DNA of 64,000 nt from Naegleria gruberi (Eukaryota), in the NCBI GenBank assembly GCA_000004985.1, contig GG738869.1; one strand, given 5' to 3'. The notes beneath the pieces were generated by a model. It was given only the letters and a program-made list of their open reading frames with translations. It did not search any database and had not been told where the DNA came from. The stretch's first letter is position 1, and the number at the start of each line of letters is the position of its first letter. Positions 39,692-53,700 of this stretch are shown here, one piece after another. The translations under genes and the position numbers were made by a program.

Positions 39692-42571
39692 TTAGAGCAT
39701 ATCACTTTCAATATTGTTTTGTGCCGTTTCAACTTCGTCTTCAGTTAAATCTATTGAACCTTCAGTTAATTGGAATTTCTCAATATTTACAATGAGCTTT
39801 TTGATGCTTGCAGGAACAAATTTGTTTCCAAAAGCTTTGATACATAAATCCTCTGGGATTTCATTTCTTTCTCGTGGTTTAATTATGGATGGAATATCAT
39901 CAAGCAACTTGTCAAATATAACAGTCTTGTGAGCTTGAAGTTCCTTAACAGCTACATCCACCGATTCTCGGCAAACCAATCTGAAAATTTTGACTTGTTC
40001 CTTTTGATTTTTTCTGACTAATCTGCAAATTGCTTGGTCATCTTTGGCAAAGTTAAAGTCCAAATTGAATAATACAACATTGGTGGCCGTTGTAAGGTCA
40101 ATACCAACACCTCCCGCATTCTTACTAATAAGCAAAGTGTTGATAATTCCCCTATTGAATTGATTGATAATCTCTGCTCTCTTGGGAGATGATGTATCTC
40201 CTGTAAATACACCAATCTTGATTGTATTGTCTTTGCTCAACTCCTTAACAATGACAGAGTTGTAGCAAACTAACCCAGAAAATACGACAACCTTTTCCTT
40301 TTTACCTCCAACTATCCTAGAAACTAAGTTTTTCAAAATTTTCACTCTTGTAGAGCCGGTTAATTTGGGATGGCTTTCTTGAATATATTTCTTGAGGGTT
40401 GTTTGAAAACTCTCAGGTGTTACATCTTCATCGTTATATTCTTGTGAAAATTCTTCCAAATCTTTCTCATCTGATTCTTTCAAATAATCGACACAGTCGA
40501 GGCATAATCTCTGATAAAAGTATCTGGCAAAGTAACACTTAGTTCTGTATTTTTGAGAAATGAACTCGTAAATATCCTTCTCCTCTTTGCTCATTTTAAA
40601 TTCTATGATAATATCCTCTTTCTTTTTTGCAATCTCTTCCATTTCCTTGATATTAACTTTTCTATGAATCAATTCCTTAAAGTAATTGTAAAAGACTTCA
40701 GTTCTAGCAAGAACCTCTCTGTTTTCAATGTTTTTTCTATTTTTAGAGAAGAATTCTGTAAATGTGGAATTAAAACAACGCATCAACTTCCTCACATATG
40801 GGTTCTGAGGTTCTAAAAATCTTATCAACGTGAATATTTCAGCTATACTATTCTGTAATGGCGTACCAGTAACTAGTAATTTGATAGATTTGGAAAAGGA
40901 TGAGAAATGCTTGAATCTTTCAGATTCTGGATTTTTGATAACATGAGCTTCATCAATTACTAAAATATCAGCTTTCTTTAGATACAATGCCTCCTCAGGA
41001 CTATTTTTCAAAATATTCATACACCTGTCATAGGTCATTACCATCATTCTTCCTCCCTTATCGAATTCCAACATTTTGTCGTACATATTTTCATTGTCAT
41101 TCAATACTATAATTTCAGATAAAAATCCTCCAGAAGGAAAATGGTACATGTACTGTTTTGAAAAGTGATCAATATTTGATTTTGGAACAAGAACTAGATA
41201 TTTGAGTGATTTACCAATTTTGTTCTGAGAATATATTCTGTTGTAATTCTTCAATATCAATAGGACCGTAAGTGTTTTACCTAAACCCATAGAATGAGCT
41301 GTAACACGTTAGAATATTGTGTTAATTTCACACTTACCAATCAATAAGGATTTTCCTTGCATCATTCTATTAATGGCCGTTCTTAAACAATCAATTTGGT
41401 GATCCATGACGTAGTCCTGATACTCTAATTCATACTCTCCATGTTGCTTCTTGATAAAGGTGACTGATTCCTTAACCTCCTCGACAATATGTTGATTTTG
41501 AAGTGCCTCCTCTGCCAATTGTTCCTTAAGTTTTAATTTTTGTGCCTCCTGTTGCATCTTTTTGAAACCTTGTTCGTATTGTTGGCGTCTGAAGTGATAG
41601 GCAAGTTTTGTTTTGAACGCTACAACAACTGGAATCTCCCTTCTTGCATACATTCTCAAATATTCTCTGAACTTATTATTATTTTTTTCCATAATGCATT
41701 TTTCAATTTCATCAGCCAATGCTTGTTGCTTTTCATTGAGGATTACTGTTTTGATTATTCTTTCAGTTGGCTCTTCGTCACTCGTTATAACTTCCTCAAC
41801 ACCCTCATCATCAATGAAATCATTCATATCATTCTCTTCATCGACTGTTGGTGCTGATTTTCTCTTTCTGTTTGGTCTCGTATTCTTGTTCAAAGTAGCG
41901 TCCACTCTTTTCTTCTTTTTAACCACTTGCTTGTCAAATTCCTGTAAAGCCAATTGATGAATAATACTATCTCTAAGAGTGGTGTCTAATCCTTTGAAAT
42001 TCCCATTCAATGTATCTTTCAGTTTTAGTAATCTCTCCTCCAACCTTTGCCAATTATCATGAATATCTTCCTTGGTTTTGTCTTGACAAAACTCACGAAT
42101 TTCCTCATCAGTACATTGAAATCTTTTTACATAGTTTTCAATATACATCTGACACTCATCCACTACCTCATCATCATCATTCAATTCTTCTACAGAATAT
42201 TCAATAGCCTTGTCTTCAAAAAGTAATTCTGGGCCATCATCAGAGTCTTCCGAATCAACTTCCGAATCAAAATCATTCAAGTCAATAGAAGACTCATCCT
42301 CTTCATCATTCATATCTATTATATCACCTACATCATAGCTGGCTTCTTCCGATACATCAAATTCTGATGGGGAAATTGGAGGCCGATACATTGGGGCCTC
42401 ATTGTGTTGTTCCATTTTTTTAGAATTTGTTATTTTAGCAATTGAACTGGCTTTCCAAATATAATTGTTAAGAAACTGGTTTGTGTTTTCAATGTTTTGA
42501 TCAAAATTATGAGAATTAGAACAAATTTTCTTGTAAGTGTTGGGAATTCTCAAAGATAAAGTAGTCGGCAT
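39692..42571 (-). CDS. SNF2-family DNA-dependent ATPase/helicase with an acidic N-terminal region. Exon 1 is 41338-42571, exon 2 is 39692-41298, and the intron 41299-41337 is 39 nt.
   Basis: Walker A ...LLIAHSMGLGKTLT spans the intron (GTAAGTGTG...TTACAG). Motif II DEAH (ILVIDEAHVIKNP). Helicase-C block LLISKNAGGVGIDLTTATNVVLFNLDFNFAKDDQAICRLVR. The N-terminal 400 aa are D/E-rich. Confidence 0.8.
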
Positions 42572-43045
42572 TCAAGATACTGGTCGAGATTGAACCTTGG
42601 AATGTTCAATTTCATATTCGAACAAGTAGTATTACTTGGTGATCAACACAAACTCGAAATACAAACATTACTCAACCCGAAACAACAACTTTTTATCATA
42701 CAACCATTAAACCCCAACCGAATTAAAAACAACAAAAAACCTCCTCAACTATCATAGGCTTGATTTTACAGCTCTTTGAAATCTTGTAGCCAAAAATTTC
42801 ACCAACTTCCAAAAAAAACAAAACAGAAAAAATTTACAAGGGTGTATTCTTGCTAATTTCTCTCTTCACGTTTTTTTTTCTTCTCTCTCTCGATCGCATC
42901 CAAGAAGGAAGACACATTGTTATTAGTAGCGTCATTGCTTCATAGTCATTAATTGTGGGAACATACTTTGTATCATCAATAGGAAAATATTTTTCTTTTA
43001 AGAGCAAAGAAAGAGAAAATATACTACAAATTCCGAAGATCAAAG

Positions 43046-45336
43046 ATGGTGAAGGAAAAGTTAACTTTTACAAACCCTAAGAAGGCTAACACAAAAAAGC
43101 CTCAGCCAAAACAACAACAAGTTGGGCAAACTAAACAACCTGTTGCTGAGGAAGTAGCTGCTGAACAAGTTGTTACTACTCAACAACCTGTAGTTACCGA
43201 AGTTGAAGATTCTAACAATGAATTAATCAACAAAATCAACAAGGAAATTAGACAATATAGAAAACAAGTTGTAAAGCACAAAAAGCTTCATGAAGATGTA
43301 AGTCATTTACATAGCAAAGCCTTTTCTAAAATGTAATAGATTACCAATCAATTGGATTTTAATATTGCTATTCCGACAATCCCTTCCCACCTCAACAAGA
43401 AGGATCTTTCATTCGAAGAGATTTTACAAAGAAAGAATTTCGATGCTCAAATCGAAGAATCAAAGAAGAAGGAAAAACAATTGAAGGATATGATTGAAAT
43501 TTTAGATAATGAAAACAAATCATTGGAGGTTCTCGAAACTATTCAAAGTAGTATGAGTAAGATTTTCAATGAGGTATGTAGTAGACTTTTGATTCGGAAG
43601 TAATAGTCTAACAATTTTTCTAATAGCATGATTCACGTCAAACAAAACTTGAAAAGGACTTGAAACAATTGCAAAAGGATGTTAAACAAAAGGATCAACA
43701 ATTGGAGGAATTGAATCAAACTCTTAATCATACCAAATTCCAACTTTCTCTGCAAGTTAACAACAAGAAGGAAAATGTTTCAAAAATCACTAGCTTTGAA
43801 CAACAAATCAATGAACTTACTGAACAAAACACAAAACTCTTGAAACAAAACCAGGATGTGGAATCACTCAAAACTGAAATTACTCGTCTTCAATCTTTGA
43901 ATTCAAATTTATCCAAAACACTTGAGGATCAAAGACAACAATCTTCCCAACAATTAATGGTTCAACACAATGTGATAGAGGAACAAAAAAAGCTTCTCCA
44001 ACAAAAGGAAGAAACATTAATGTTCAACTTTTCCAGATTTAACCAAGTGAATACAGAATTAATGATGATCAAACAACAATTTACCGACCAAGACAAATTC
44101 ATCAAATTCCAACAACATCAAATTTCTCTCAAATCTGAGGAAAATAACTCTATCACAAAGGAGGTTAATTCATTGAAAGAGGAAAACTCTTCAGTTGTGA
44201 AAAAGAATCAAGACTTGTTGGACAATATCAAACAATTGGAAGAAAAGATTGCTAATTTGGAAAACTCTAACAAGCAATTATTAGATAAAATGCAAAGAGA
44301 TGAAAATGACCACAAACATTCTATACAACAACTCGAAGAACAATTAAAGCACAGACCAATTGTGACGTTCCCTGTAAAGTTTGAAGAGGATATAATTAAT
44401 GAAGCTTTGGACAAGAAGAGAACCAAGGATATTGTTCAACTTATTCAAGTTTTGAGTTTTTTCAATATTTCTAATCCAGACTCATTCGAAAGAAGATCCA
44501 TGTTCCTTTCAGACCAACTTTGTATTAGCCAAACTGGAAAACAAGTATCAATTTTGACTCACAACGATTTTGCAGCTGTAGATGCTCTTTCACGTTCCCT
44601 CTTTGGTCAACAACAAAATATTGATCAAGTGGAAAATTGTATTAATGATGGAGTAAGAAAATTAGAAAAAATTATTGCAAGATCTGAAGATGATTCAATT
44701 ATTGGAGTTTCATACAAGATTTTAGCAGAACAAATAAGAGAACTTGCCTCTTCGAGTATCTACCAATATGGCAAGACTTTGTATCCATACTTGGGTCAAG
44801 ATGAACATTCCTTGACTAGTAATTCTATTTTCAATACTAATGGTTATAATATTAGAATGGATGATGCAAATCAATCAAGCTCATCTCCAAAACTTAAGAG
44901 TAATTTTATTAATACTGACATTTCTTCCACAACTTCTGAAACTAAAAAATCCACCATAATTGAGAATAAGACATTTGAAGAAACTCCATCATCCAATATT
45001 AATGTCACATACGAGGTTCCATCTGAACAAACATCATGGAAATTGGAAGTTACAAACAACAATACAAATGTTGAATCCACAACACCAAGTGCTCCAATAG
45101 AAAGTGACATAATTAACACCTCACCTGCCAATCCAAATGTTGTCTCTACCACAGAAGATGAAAATTCAGTTCCTTCAGCTCCATCTCCTTCATTAGAACA
45201 ACAATCTGAAAATGGTGAAAATCTGACGAAGAAAAAGTTTACAAACAATTCCAGAGGTAGAGGAAGAGGAGGTTTTGTTCCAAATTCACGAGGCGGCCGT
45301 CAAAGAAAACTCTTTGTACGAACAGATAATAAATAA
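43046..45336 (+). CDS. long coiled-coil protein with a C-terminal RGG motif. Exons 43046-43297, 43340-43573 and 43627-45336.
   Basis: Heptad-rich Q/E/K/L sequence throughout. Introns are 43298-43339 (42 nt, GTAAGT...AATAG) and 43574-43626 (53 nt, GTATGT...AATAG), both frame-preserving. The C-terminus is NNSRGRGRGGFVPNSRGGRQRK. Confidence 0.55.
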
Positions 45337-45387
45337 ATATTGTAAAATTAAAGTTTTTCAATGTTTTAATTCCAATTATTTTTACAA

Positions 45388-45936
45388 TTATTTCTTATTT
45401 TTGATATTTTCACTCAACCATTCCAAACCTTCATTTATACCAATTCCATTCAGTGCAGATGTTTTAAATATTGTCCATGTTCTATTCTTTATCTTTGTTA
45501 AATTCAATTGTTCAGAAACTTCTTCAACACTCATAGCATTCTTGGCATCTTGTTTGTTAGCCATAATTAAAAGTATAGAGTCTTTCAACTCCTTTTCATC
45601 GAGCATTGCAAAAAGTTCTTCTTTAGCAATACCCATTCTTTCTCTATCACTTGAATCAACAACATAAATAATAGCATCTGTGTTTGCATAGTAACATCTC
45701 CAATATGGTCTAATCGATGTTTGACCTCCCAAGTCCCACACTTGGAATTTTATATTCTTGTATGTTATTGTTTCTACATTGAATCCGATTGTAGGTATTG
45801 TTGTAACAGCTTCTCCTACTTGTAATCGGTAGAGAATTGTTGTCTTACCAGCATTGTCTAATCCCAATATTAAAATACGCACTTCTTGTTCGCTATTAAA
45901 GAGTCCTCCAAATATTGAAGCAATTAAATTTCCCAT
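45388..45936 (-). CDS. ARL1: ADP-ribosylation factor-like GTPase ARL1
   Basis: Single-exon 181-aa ORF: [11 protein letters not shown]...[60 protein letters not shown]...ANKQD...[16 protein letters not shown]. Very close match to ARL1 orthologues, with the N-terminal myristoylation Gly and G1-G5 boxes. TAA stop. Confidence 0.9.
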   Translation of the reverse strand: MGNLIASIFGGLFNSEQEVRILILGLDNAGKTTILYRLQVGEAVTTIPTIGFNVETITYKNIKFQVWDLGGQTSIRPYWRCYYANTDAIIYVVDSSDRERMGIAKEELFAMLDEKELKDSILLIMANKQDAKNAMSVEEVSEQLNLTKIKNRTWTIFKTSALNGIGINEGLEWLSENIKNKK

Positions 45937-46447
45937 GTTTTTGTTTTTTTAAGTTACAATATATTCCTAGTGATATGTATAGTCCTGATGATGATGAAGC
46001 AATAGTTTGTTATATATTATTCAGTCCAATTACTTTAAAAATCAACCTTCTCCTTTTTTTAAATTACTCTAATGTACACAACTTCCGTTATTATTAAAAT
46101 TTACAAGTACAGCTGCTGTCTACTATTGTATCCGAAAGATTAAGCTGTTATAACAAGTGGCAAGGTGTGTTTTAAAGCCAATTTTTTTATATTGAAAGGA
46201 ATTGATGAGTCATGAACAGATGATGATGACTTGGAGTTTATGAATAATAATAAAATATGACGTCATAATGGAAGGGAAATGGATTGTGATAAGATGATTC
46301 TCTTGATGGTAATGATAATAAGATAACCAAAAAGCACAGTATATTATTTTGATGAAGAATTTAAAAAACAATGATGAAGAAGTTTGCGTTAATTTCCAAA
46401 GAGCAAGAACAAAAAAATTCAACTAGTAAACTTTGAAAAAGCACACA

Positions 46448-48149
46448 ATGTCCTCCCTATTGCCCAAAACACAGGAAGACCAACAAGCAACAATAGTAGT
46501 AGAATTGGAGGAGAAGAATAAATTGAAAAGAGTTTTGGATCAGGTAGAATCATCTTCATCAATAGAGGAAAAACCACTAGTCAGCAATAAGAAGAGAATT
46601 AAATTATTTGATGAAATTGAGAGTAAACAGGGTGTTTGTTGGCACTTTAGAAAGAAGGGATTTTGCAAATTGGGCTCTGAATGTAAATTCCGACATATTA
46701 AAGTGGATGATTATGGATTAATTATTGAAAATGATTTGTCATCTTCTAATAATTCATCATCTTTGGATAATAATTCAAATACAACATTAGGAAATAATTT
46801 AGAGGAACCTACATTATCATTAACAATAGAACCATCATCACTCTCTAATAGTACATCATTAAATGTTGAACAACCAAGGAGAAAACTTTGCTATTGGATT
46901 TCAAAGGCTAAAGAAACAAAATCAGCAACCTCAGCTTTACGAAGAACTTACGAAGAGAATGGATTTAATTTAATACTCTCCACTGATAATACCGAAACAG
47001 AGAATTATACAGCAGTTTTCTGGGGACATACCTTCCCTCATACTTCAGACCTTTGGAAAAAGTTGCCATCCTACACTTACATTAATCACTTCCCTAATTC
47101 ACACCACTTATCTAATAAGAGTTTGATGGCAATGAATTTTCAGGAAATATCTAAGGATAATTCCTCAATCAAATTCAAATCAGAGTTTATTCCTCATACA
47201 TTTTACTTTCCCTCACAAATTAATTTATTCTTCAATTATTTAAAGACTGAAAAGGATGATATTTGGATTATTAAACCACAAGGTTCAGGCGAAGGAAGAG
47301 GAATCAGATTATTTTCCAATTCTAAACAAATTTTACAGGAGGAATTTCCAACAATACCAACCTCAGAAATAGAGTCTGGGTTTGTCTCTGAGGAAACTTT
47401 GAAAAGGAAGGAGATTAGAAAACACAAGATTGTTGTTTGTAAATATGTAAGAAATCCATTGTTAATTAATGGTAAAAAATTCGATATGAGATTGTATGTT
47501 TTGGCTGTGGGATCCTTCGAAGGACCTTTCAACAACTCCACATAGAGCCTATCTCTATAAGGATGGTATTGTAAGATTGGCCAGCGAGGACTATACGGAA
47601 TCAGAGGAAACTCTCACTAATGCATTCATACACATTACTAACAATACTGTAAATGATAAGAAGAATCGTCCTCAACATGAAACAGCCAAGTCCCAATATG
47701 GATTCTTTTGTAATATGAATTTGAATGAATTGGAAGAATACTTCCAAAAGAACTCTTTGGATTACCAACTCTTCTGGGATAGACTCAAAAATCTAGTTTC
47801 AGAATCATTGAAAATGACAATATTTAACACTGAAAAACAAGATGATACATTCAAAGCCTGCTCATCGAAATGTTTTGAAATTTATGGATTTGATGTAATG
47901 ATAGACAAGAATTTGCAACCTTATTTATTGGAAGTTAACTCAATGCCTGACCTTTCTGCTGTCAGTAATACTAGCCACTTGGTATTAAACAAGGATTTCA
48001 CCATCAAATCTAAAATGCTTGTCAATGCCCTCAATCTCATTGGCATAACAATCGAGGATGAAAACACAGTCCTGAGCCGATTCATCAACATTTCAGATTA
48101 CAACACTGATGACTATCTCAATAATTTTGAGAAAATAATTTATCAATAA
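46448..48149 (+). CDS. tubulin-tyrosine-ligase-like (TTL/TTLL family) protein with an N-terminal CCCH zinc finger; an apparent +1 frameshift near 47505-47545 may make it a pseudogene
   Basis: CWHFRKKGFCKLGSECKFRH is a C-x8-C-x5-C-x3-H finger. TTL motifs WIIKPQGSGEGRGIRLF, KFDMRLYVLAVGSF, HRAYLYKDGIVRLASEDY and FEIYGFDVMIDKNLQPYLLEVNSMPDLS are present. The two halves lie in different frames (ORFs 46433-47545 and 47496-48149) with no room for an intron. Confidence 0.6.
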
Positions 48150-48302
48150 TAACCAAACAATTTGAAATTTCAAATGAACCAAGACCTATTCAACTAGTAA
48201 TACCCAAAAGATATTTTACTCTCTGGTTTACGCTCTGAATCCAATCAGACATTCACTTTACAATGTCGCATCTGCACCAATTATTTTCCACTCATCAAAA
48301 AA

Positions 48303-49703
48303 ATGCACAAAATCAAAGGGCTAACATCTGCGTTGGGTGCAGTTTTGGTTTTATCCATCATCGCCTTCTTGAGTGTTCATGTTGATGCTTGTGGTCATCA
48401 TCGTCAACAACATCATAATGGATATCATCACCATCATCACCATCATCATGAAGAAAATCCAAAATCATCCGATAAGCCTGTATCTGCCCCACCAAAATCT
48501 GTTTGGGATAATTTGGAAAATATAATTACCAAGTCCATTGCTTCTCAAGCCTTCCCAGGAGCTGTCCTTTTGGTTGCTTCTAAAAATTCAGGAATAATTT
48601 ATTCTAATAGTTTTGGACATTTTACCTACAATCAACAATCATCACCAATGACCATCGGAAGTAAATTTGATATGGCATCCTGTACAAAGGTTTTGGCAAC
48701 AACATCTGCTACTGCATTGCTTTATCAAAAAGGATTGATTGGATTGAAGGATAGAGTTATTAAATATTATCCTGCATTTGCTGTTAATGGGAAGAGTGAA
48801 ATTATGATTGAAAATCTCTTATTGCACAATGCTGGTTTGCCACCAGATCCAAATCCTGGTTATTCTGCAACTCAATTTGGTTGTCCTGCTACTTCTGACT
48901 ATCATCCTCCTCAAGTTTTCACTTGTGCATCAAAGATTTTCAATTCTTGGTTGAATCAAGTTTTGGAAAATAAGCCAGGTCAAGTTTATGTCTACAGTGA
49001 TTTATCAATGATTTCAATGATGTACATTATTGGTAATGTTGTCAAGAAGAATATGGCCATGTTGGAAATGCATGAAGGAGATTTGAGAGTTGAATGTGTT
49101 CAACAAGTTGGTGGAATAGATGCTCCAGGTCATGAAACTTGCTATTATGAAGCTTTTGTTAATAAGCATGTTTTACAAAATCTCCAAATGACAAAGAGTG
49201 GATTCATTCCAAAACCAGAAGAAAAATCCAACATTCCACCAACCTGGTTGGATACTACCTATAGACACGAACTCATTCAAGGTTATGTCTCTGACGAAAA
49301 TGGTTATGCTTTGGGTGGTATTGCTGGTCATGCTGGGTTATTCACTCCAGTTGTTGACGTCTATCGTTTGATGAATGAACTCATGTTCAGAGCTAGAGGA
49401 AACTTTATCAATGAAACCACTTTCGACATGTTTACAACAGTTAAGAATACCACTCAAAGTTCAAGAGCTTTGGGATGGGATACTAATTCTCAAGGAAATG
49501 GAACATGTGGTAGTTTATCAAAGAAGACATTCTTGCATTTAGGATTCACTGGTACCCAAGTTTGTGGTGATCCAGATAGAAATTTATTCACCGTCTTTTT
49601 AACCAACAGAGTTTATCCAGATAAGGATAACAACAAGATGGCTCCAGTAAGAAATGCTGTCAACTCTGAAATTCAACGAGTATTCGATCAATATTATCAT
49701 TAA
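48303..49703 (+). CDS. secreted beta-lactamase-related serine hydrolase (class C / LACTB-like) with an N-terminal poly-His tract
   Basis: Signal peptide, H-rich tract (HHHHHHHHH), active-site SCTK (S-x-x-K) at about 48675. The fold-wide similarity is to AmpC-type esterases and penicillin-binding-related hydrolases. 466 aa, single exon. Confidence 0.75.
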   Translation: MHKIKGLTSALGAVLVLSIIAFLSVHVDACGHHRQQHHNGYHHHHHHHHEENPKSSDKPVSAPPKSVWDNLENIITKSIASQAFPGAVLLVASKNSGIIYSNSFGHFTYNQQSSPMTIGSKFDMASCTKVLATTSATALLYQKGLIGLKDRVIKYYPAFAVNGKSEIMIENLLLHNAGLPPDPNPGYSATQFGCPATSDYHPPQVFTCASKIFNSWLNQVLENKPGQVYVYSDLSMISMMYIIGNVVKKNMAMLEMHEGDLRVECVQQVGGIDAPGHETCYYEAFVNKHVLQNLQMTKSGFIPKPEEKSNIPPTWLDTTYRHELIQGYVSDENGYALGGIAGHAGLFTPVVDVYRLMNELMFRARGNFINETTFDMFTTVKNTTQSSRALGWDTNSQGNGTCGSLSKKTFLHLGFTGTQVCGDPDRNLFTVFLTNRVYPDKDNNKMAPVRNAVNSEIQRVFDQYYH

Positions 49704-49858
49704 TTTATAAAATTTTCATTTGCACACGTATCTTCACAACAATTTTCCACACCATCATTACAAAAACCCATTTTTGCAAATTATACTTTTTTGGAAAGGA
49801 CTGTGATTTCCCTTTGGATTTAATAGACTTTTGGGCCTCTGAGCGAACATTATTAATA

Positions 49859-50422
49859 ATGCATTCATTAATGATCACACAATCAAAAACACACACAAAA
49901 CAAATGCCATACCAATCAACATCTCGACATTCTCAACAACGTCATCGATATTTCAATCAACAACAACAACCACAACAGCAGGAGCATGATGATGAAAATT
50001 TTAATCAAACCACTGGAAAACAAGAATCACAACACAAGGATTGGATTTCTAAAAAGAAAATCAAACAAAAGAACAAGTATTCATCTAAAATAAAAGATTT
50101 GAAAAGACAGTTGGCAGAGAAGGATGAACGTTTCGAAAATGAAAGATTTAAATTAAGTGTTAAAGAATGCAACAAATTGACAACACCTTATTTGAAACTG
50201 TTAAAACAGGATATTTCTGAAGCATTGAAATTGATAGAGAATGAACTTTCGGATAGAGAGGATAGAGAACGAAACTGTATCGTTTGTATGGAAAATCAGA
50301 GAGAAATTGTTTTTTTACAATGTAAACATTTTATAACATGCAGTTCATGTGCTGATCAGTTAAGAGAATGTCCAATTTGTCGACAATCTATTACTAAGAG
50401 CATGAAGGTAATTCTTTCTTGA
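49859..50422 (+). CDS. C-terminal RING-finger (C3HC4) protein with a Q-rich and coiled-coil N-terminus; putative E3 ligase
   Basis: CIVCMENQREIVFLQCKHFITCSSCADQLRECPICRQ is a RING with IAP/MUL1-like C-terminal placement. TGA stop. The first ATG in the ORF is at 49859. Confidence 0.6.
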   Translation: MHSLMITQSKTHTKQMPYQSTSRHSQQRHRYFNQQQQPQQQEHDDENFNQTTGKQESQHKDWISKKKIKQKNKYSSKIKDLKRQLAEKDERFENERFKLSVKECNKLTTPYLKLLKQDISEALKLIENELSDREDRERNCIVCMENQREIVFLQCKHFITCSSCADQLRECPICRQSITKSMKVILS

Positions 50423-50781
50423 GGCAATTTACAGAGAAATTTTCTTATTCGAAAGCTAAGGAGAAAGACGATCAAAAATTAAAAAGTAACACATCAATTT
50501 GATTCTTGTCTTCTTTTGATAATTTCTTTAAAGAGACAATTGTAATCAAAGTCCTTCATCATCAGTTGTTATTTTGCATGTTGATCATCTTGTATTCTAA
50601 ACATTTCGAATAGAAGAAAATTAAAGAATATTATCTTTACCAACGAAATTCTTGTATCAATAAAATAGATCATACAAGAAAGAAGAGGATCTGTACCTTC
50701 CAAAATTGTTGTTAAATTCTTCACATTTCACTTGTCATTACAGAAACCACCTGTCATCAAGCAACAAACTCATCAAAAAAA

Positions 50782-53700
50782 ATGGCCAGAACTGTAGACA
50801 ATATGATCATGTTGGAGGATGTCTCTGAACGAGGCATTCTCACCAACTTGAAGAATATGTATAAGAAGGATAATATTTATGTAGGTTTCTTTAGTTTACT
50901 TTCGAATACAAACATAAAAGACATTTATTGGAGAAGTTTTAATATCTGTCAATCCGTTCAAACATTTGAACATTTATAACGAACAAAAACTTCGTCAATA
51001 TAGATCACACTGTATGTTTATTCTTCATTTCGAATAGTAGTATTCTAATCATCATCACACTAAATAGATCCTTTCGAATTACCTCCTCACGTTTATTCTA
51101 TTGCAGAAAGTGCTTACAGAAATTTGATTTCGGAAAGAGTTTCTCAATCCATTATCATTTCAGGAGAATCAGGTGCAGGTAAGCAAAAAAATCTTTTCTT
51201 TTCATAACTTTGAAATTTTCATAACTTGGGAAAAATAAATTCATAGGTAAAACTGAAGCTGCAAAACAAATCATGAATTATATTGCTGCCGTGAGTGGTG
51301 GAGAAAAAGAAGGAGAAAATAGGGTCAAGGCACAAATCTTGAAAAGTAATCCATTGTTAGAAGCTTTTGGTAATGCCAAGACAGTTAGGTAAGTTTTTAA
51401 GGATTTTACTGTAAATTCTAATGGTTTATATGTAATTTGTTGTGTGTACTGATGGTTTGAATTGATTTTATTACTGTATATATATAGAAATAACAATAGT
51501 TCTAGATTTGGTAAATATATGGAAATTTTCTTTTCAGATTTGAATCAAATTATGGGAGGTCAAATTATGCAATTCTTATTGGAAAAGTCTAGAATTGTTT
51601 CTCAATCACAAGGTGAACGTAATTTTCACATTTTCTATCAAATTTTCACAGATGATGCTTTGGCTAAAAAGTTAAACTTGACAAAACCTCAAGATTACAA
51701 ATATTTGAACAATACTTATACTGTTGATACAGTTGATGATAAACAAGGTTTCCGTGAGACAAAAGAAGCTCTCGATTTCATTGGAGTTAAAGAAGAAACT
51801 CAATTCCAAATTTGGGAAATGGTTGCTGGTATTTTACATTTGGGAAATATTGAATTCCAAGGTGTTGAAAAGAATGCAAAGGGTGGAAGAAAGGATGGAT
51901 CTGAAATTATTGATAAGAATCCATTGAGATTGTGTGCTAAATGCCTCCATGTTGATGAACAAATGTTGGAAACTTCACTCACCACTAAAACTGTCGAAGC
52001 TGGTGGTAGAAATTCTGTCTATGCTTCACCATTGAGTGTTGATGGAGCTATCAATGCAAGAGATGCATTGGCAAAGGGTCTCTATAGAAGATTGTTTGAT
52101 TGGATTGTAAAATCAGTTAACGAATCAATTACCTTACCGTCATTGATTAATAGAAGATTGTCAACTATGAATGGCAAACCAGGAAAGAAGGGAGAAAAGC
52201 TTAATACCAAACCAAATGAATTTGTAACTATTGGTATTCTAGATATTTATGGTTTTGAAATTTTTGAAACCAACTCACTCGAACAATTAACAATTAACTA
52301 CATTAACGAAAGATTACAGCAAATGTTTATTGAACTAACTTTGAAAGAAGAACAAGAAGAGTACATTAGAGAAGGTATCAAATGGGAAAAGATCCCATAC
52401 AGTGATAACAAACCTTGTGTTGAACTCTTTGATTCCAAACTTGGTATTTTCAATTTATTGAACGAGACAAGTTTATTGAGTAAGGGTGATGATGATTTCT
52501 TGAGAAAACTCAAGGAAAACAATGGAAAACATCCATTCATGGTTCCATTCGATAAGGTCATTTCAAAGGAACAAGAAAAGAACTTTAAGGTTAAACATTA
52601 TGCTGGTATTGTAGAGTATCACTCTCCAACATTTGTTGAAAAGAATTTGGATACCTTGTATCAAAATTTGGTCGCTCTTGCCTTGTCTTCAAGATCTGAT
52701 TTGATGGTTCAATTGTTTTCATCTGATAAGATTGCAACTGGTGGTAATAATGTTGCTGCTAAACCTCCAATGATTTGTACTCAATTCAAGAAGCAAGTTG
52801 ACCACTTGATGACCAAGCTCTACAATTGTAAACCACATTACATTAGATGTATCAAGCCAAACGATAGAAAGATTGGTAACTTGTTCGAAGATGAAATGGT
52901 TACTCACCAAATCAGATGTTTGGGTCTCTTGGAAAACGTATTGGTCAAGAGAGCTGGTTTCGTCTATAGACACAAGTTTGACTTCTTCCTTCATCACTAC
53001 AAGGTCACTACAAAGGAAACTTATCCATTCCTTGCCGACAGTTTCAGAGGTAATGAAATTGAGGCCTGTAAACATATTGCCCAAAATGTATTGAAATCTG
53101 GAGCTGATCACTCTAAAATGTTCCAAATTGGTAAAACCAAGATCTTTATCAAGAATCCGGAGACTGTATTCGCATTGGAAGAATTGAGAGATCGATGCTC
53201 CATTGATTGTGCCATTCAAATTCAAAGAAAATTCAGAAAATTCATTGCCAAGAAGAGAGCTGAAGAAAACAAACGTGAAATCAATAACATCTTTAACAAT
53301 CAAAAGAAGAGACGTCGTATCAGTTACAATAGAATTTATCAAGGTGATTATTTGAACTTTGCATTCAATTCTGAAATGGCCAAACTCTTAGCCAAACACA
53401 ATGACTCTATGATTCACTACTCTGGAAGAATTCAAAAGATTAACAATAGAAACAAGATTCAAGACAGAACCTTGGTCATTACTGAAAGTAACATTTACAA
53501 TATCGATTGGAATGATAAGAAGAATAAGATGAAACTCAAGAGAATATTGCCACTCTCAGATCTCATCAGTCTCAAAGTTTCTCCATTCACTGATGGTTAC
53601 TTTGTTCTATTCTTTGGTACAAGATATTGTTATTTCTTTAATTCTGATGATACTTCTGAAATTGTTTCAATTCTCATTAGAATTTTCAAACAAAAACAGA

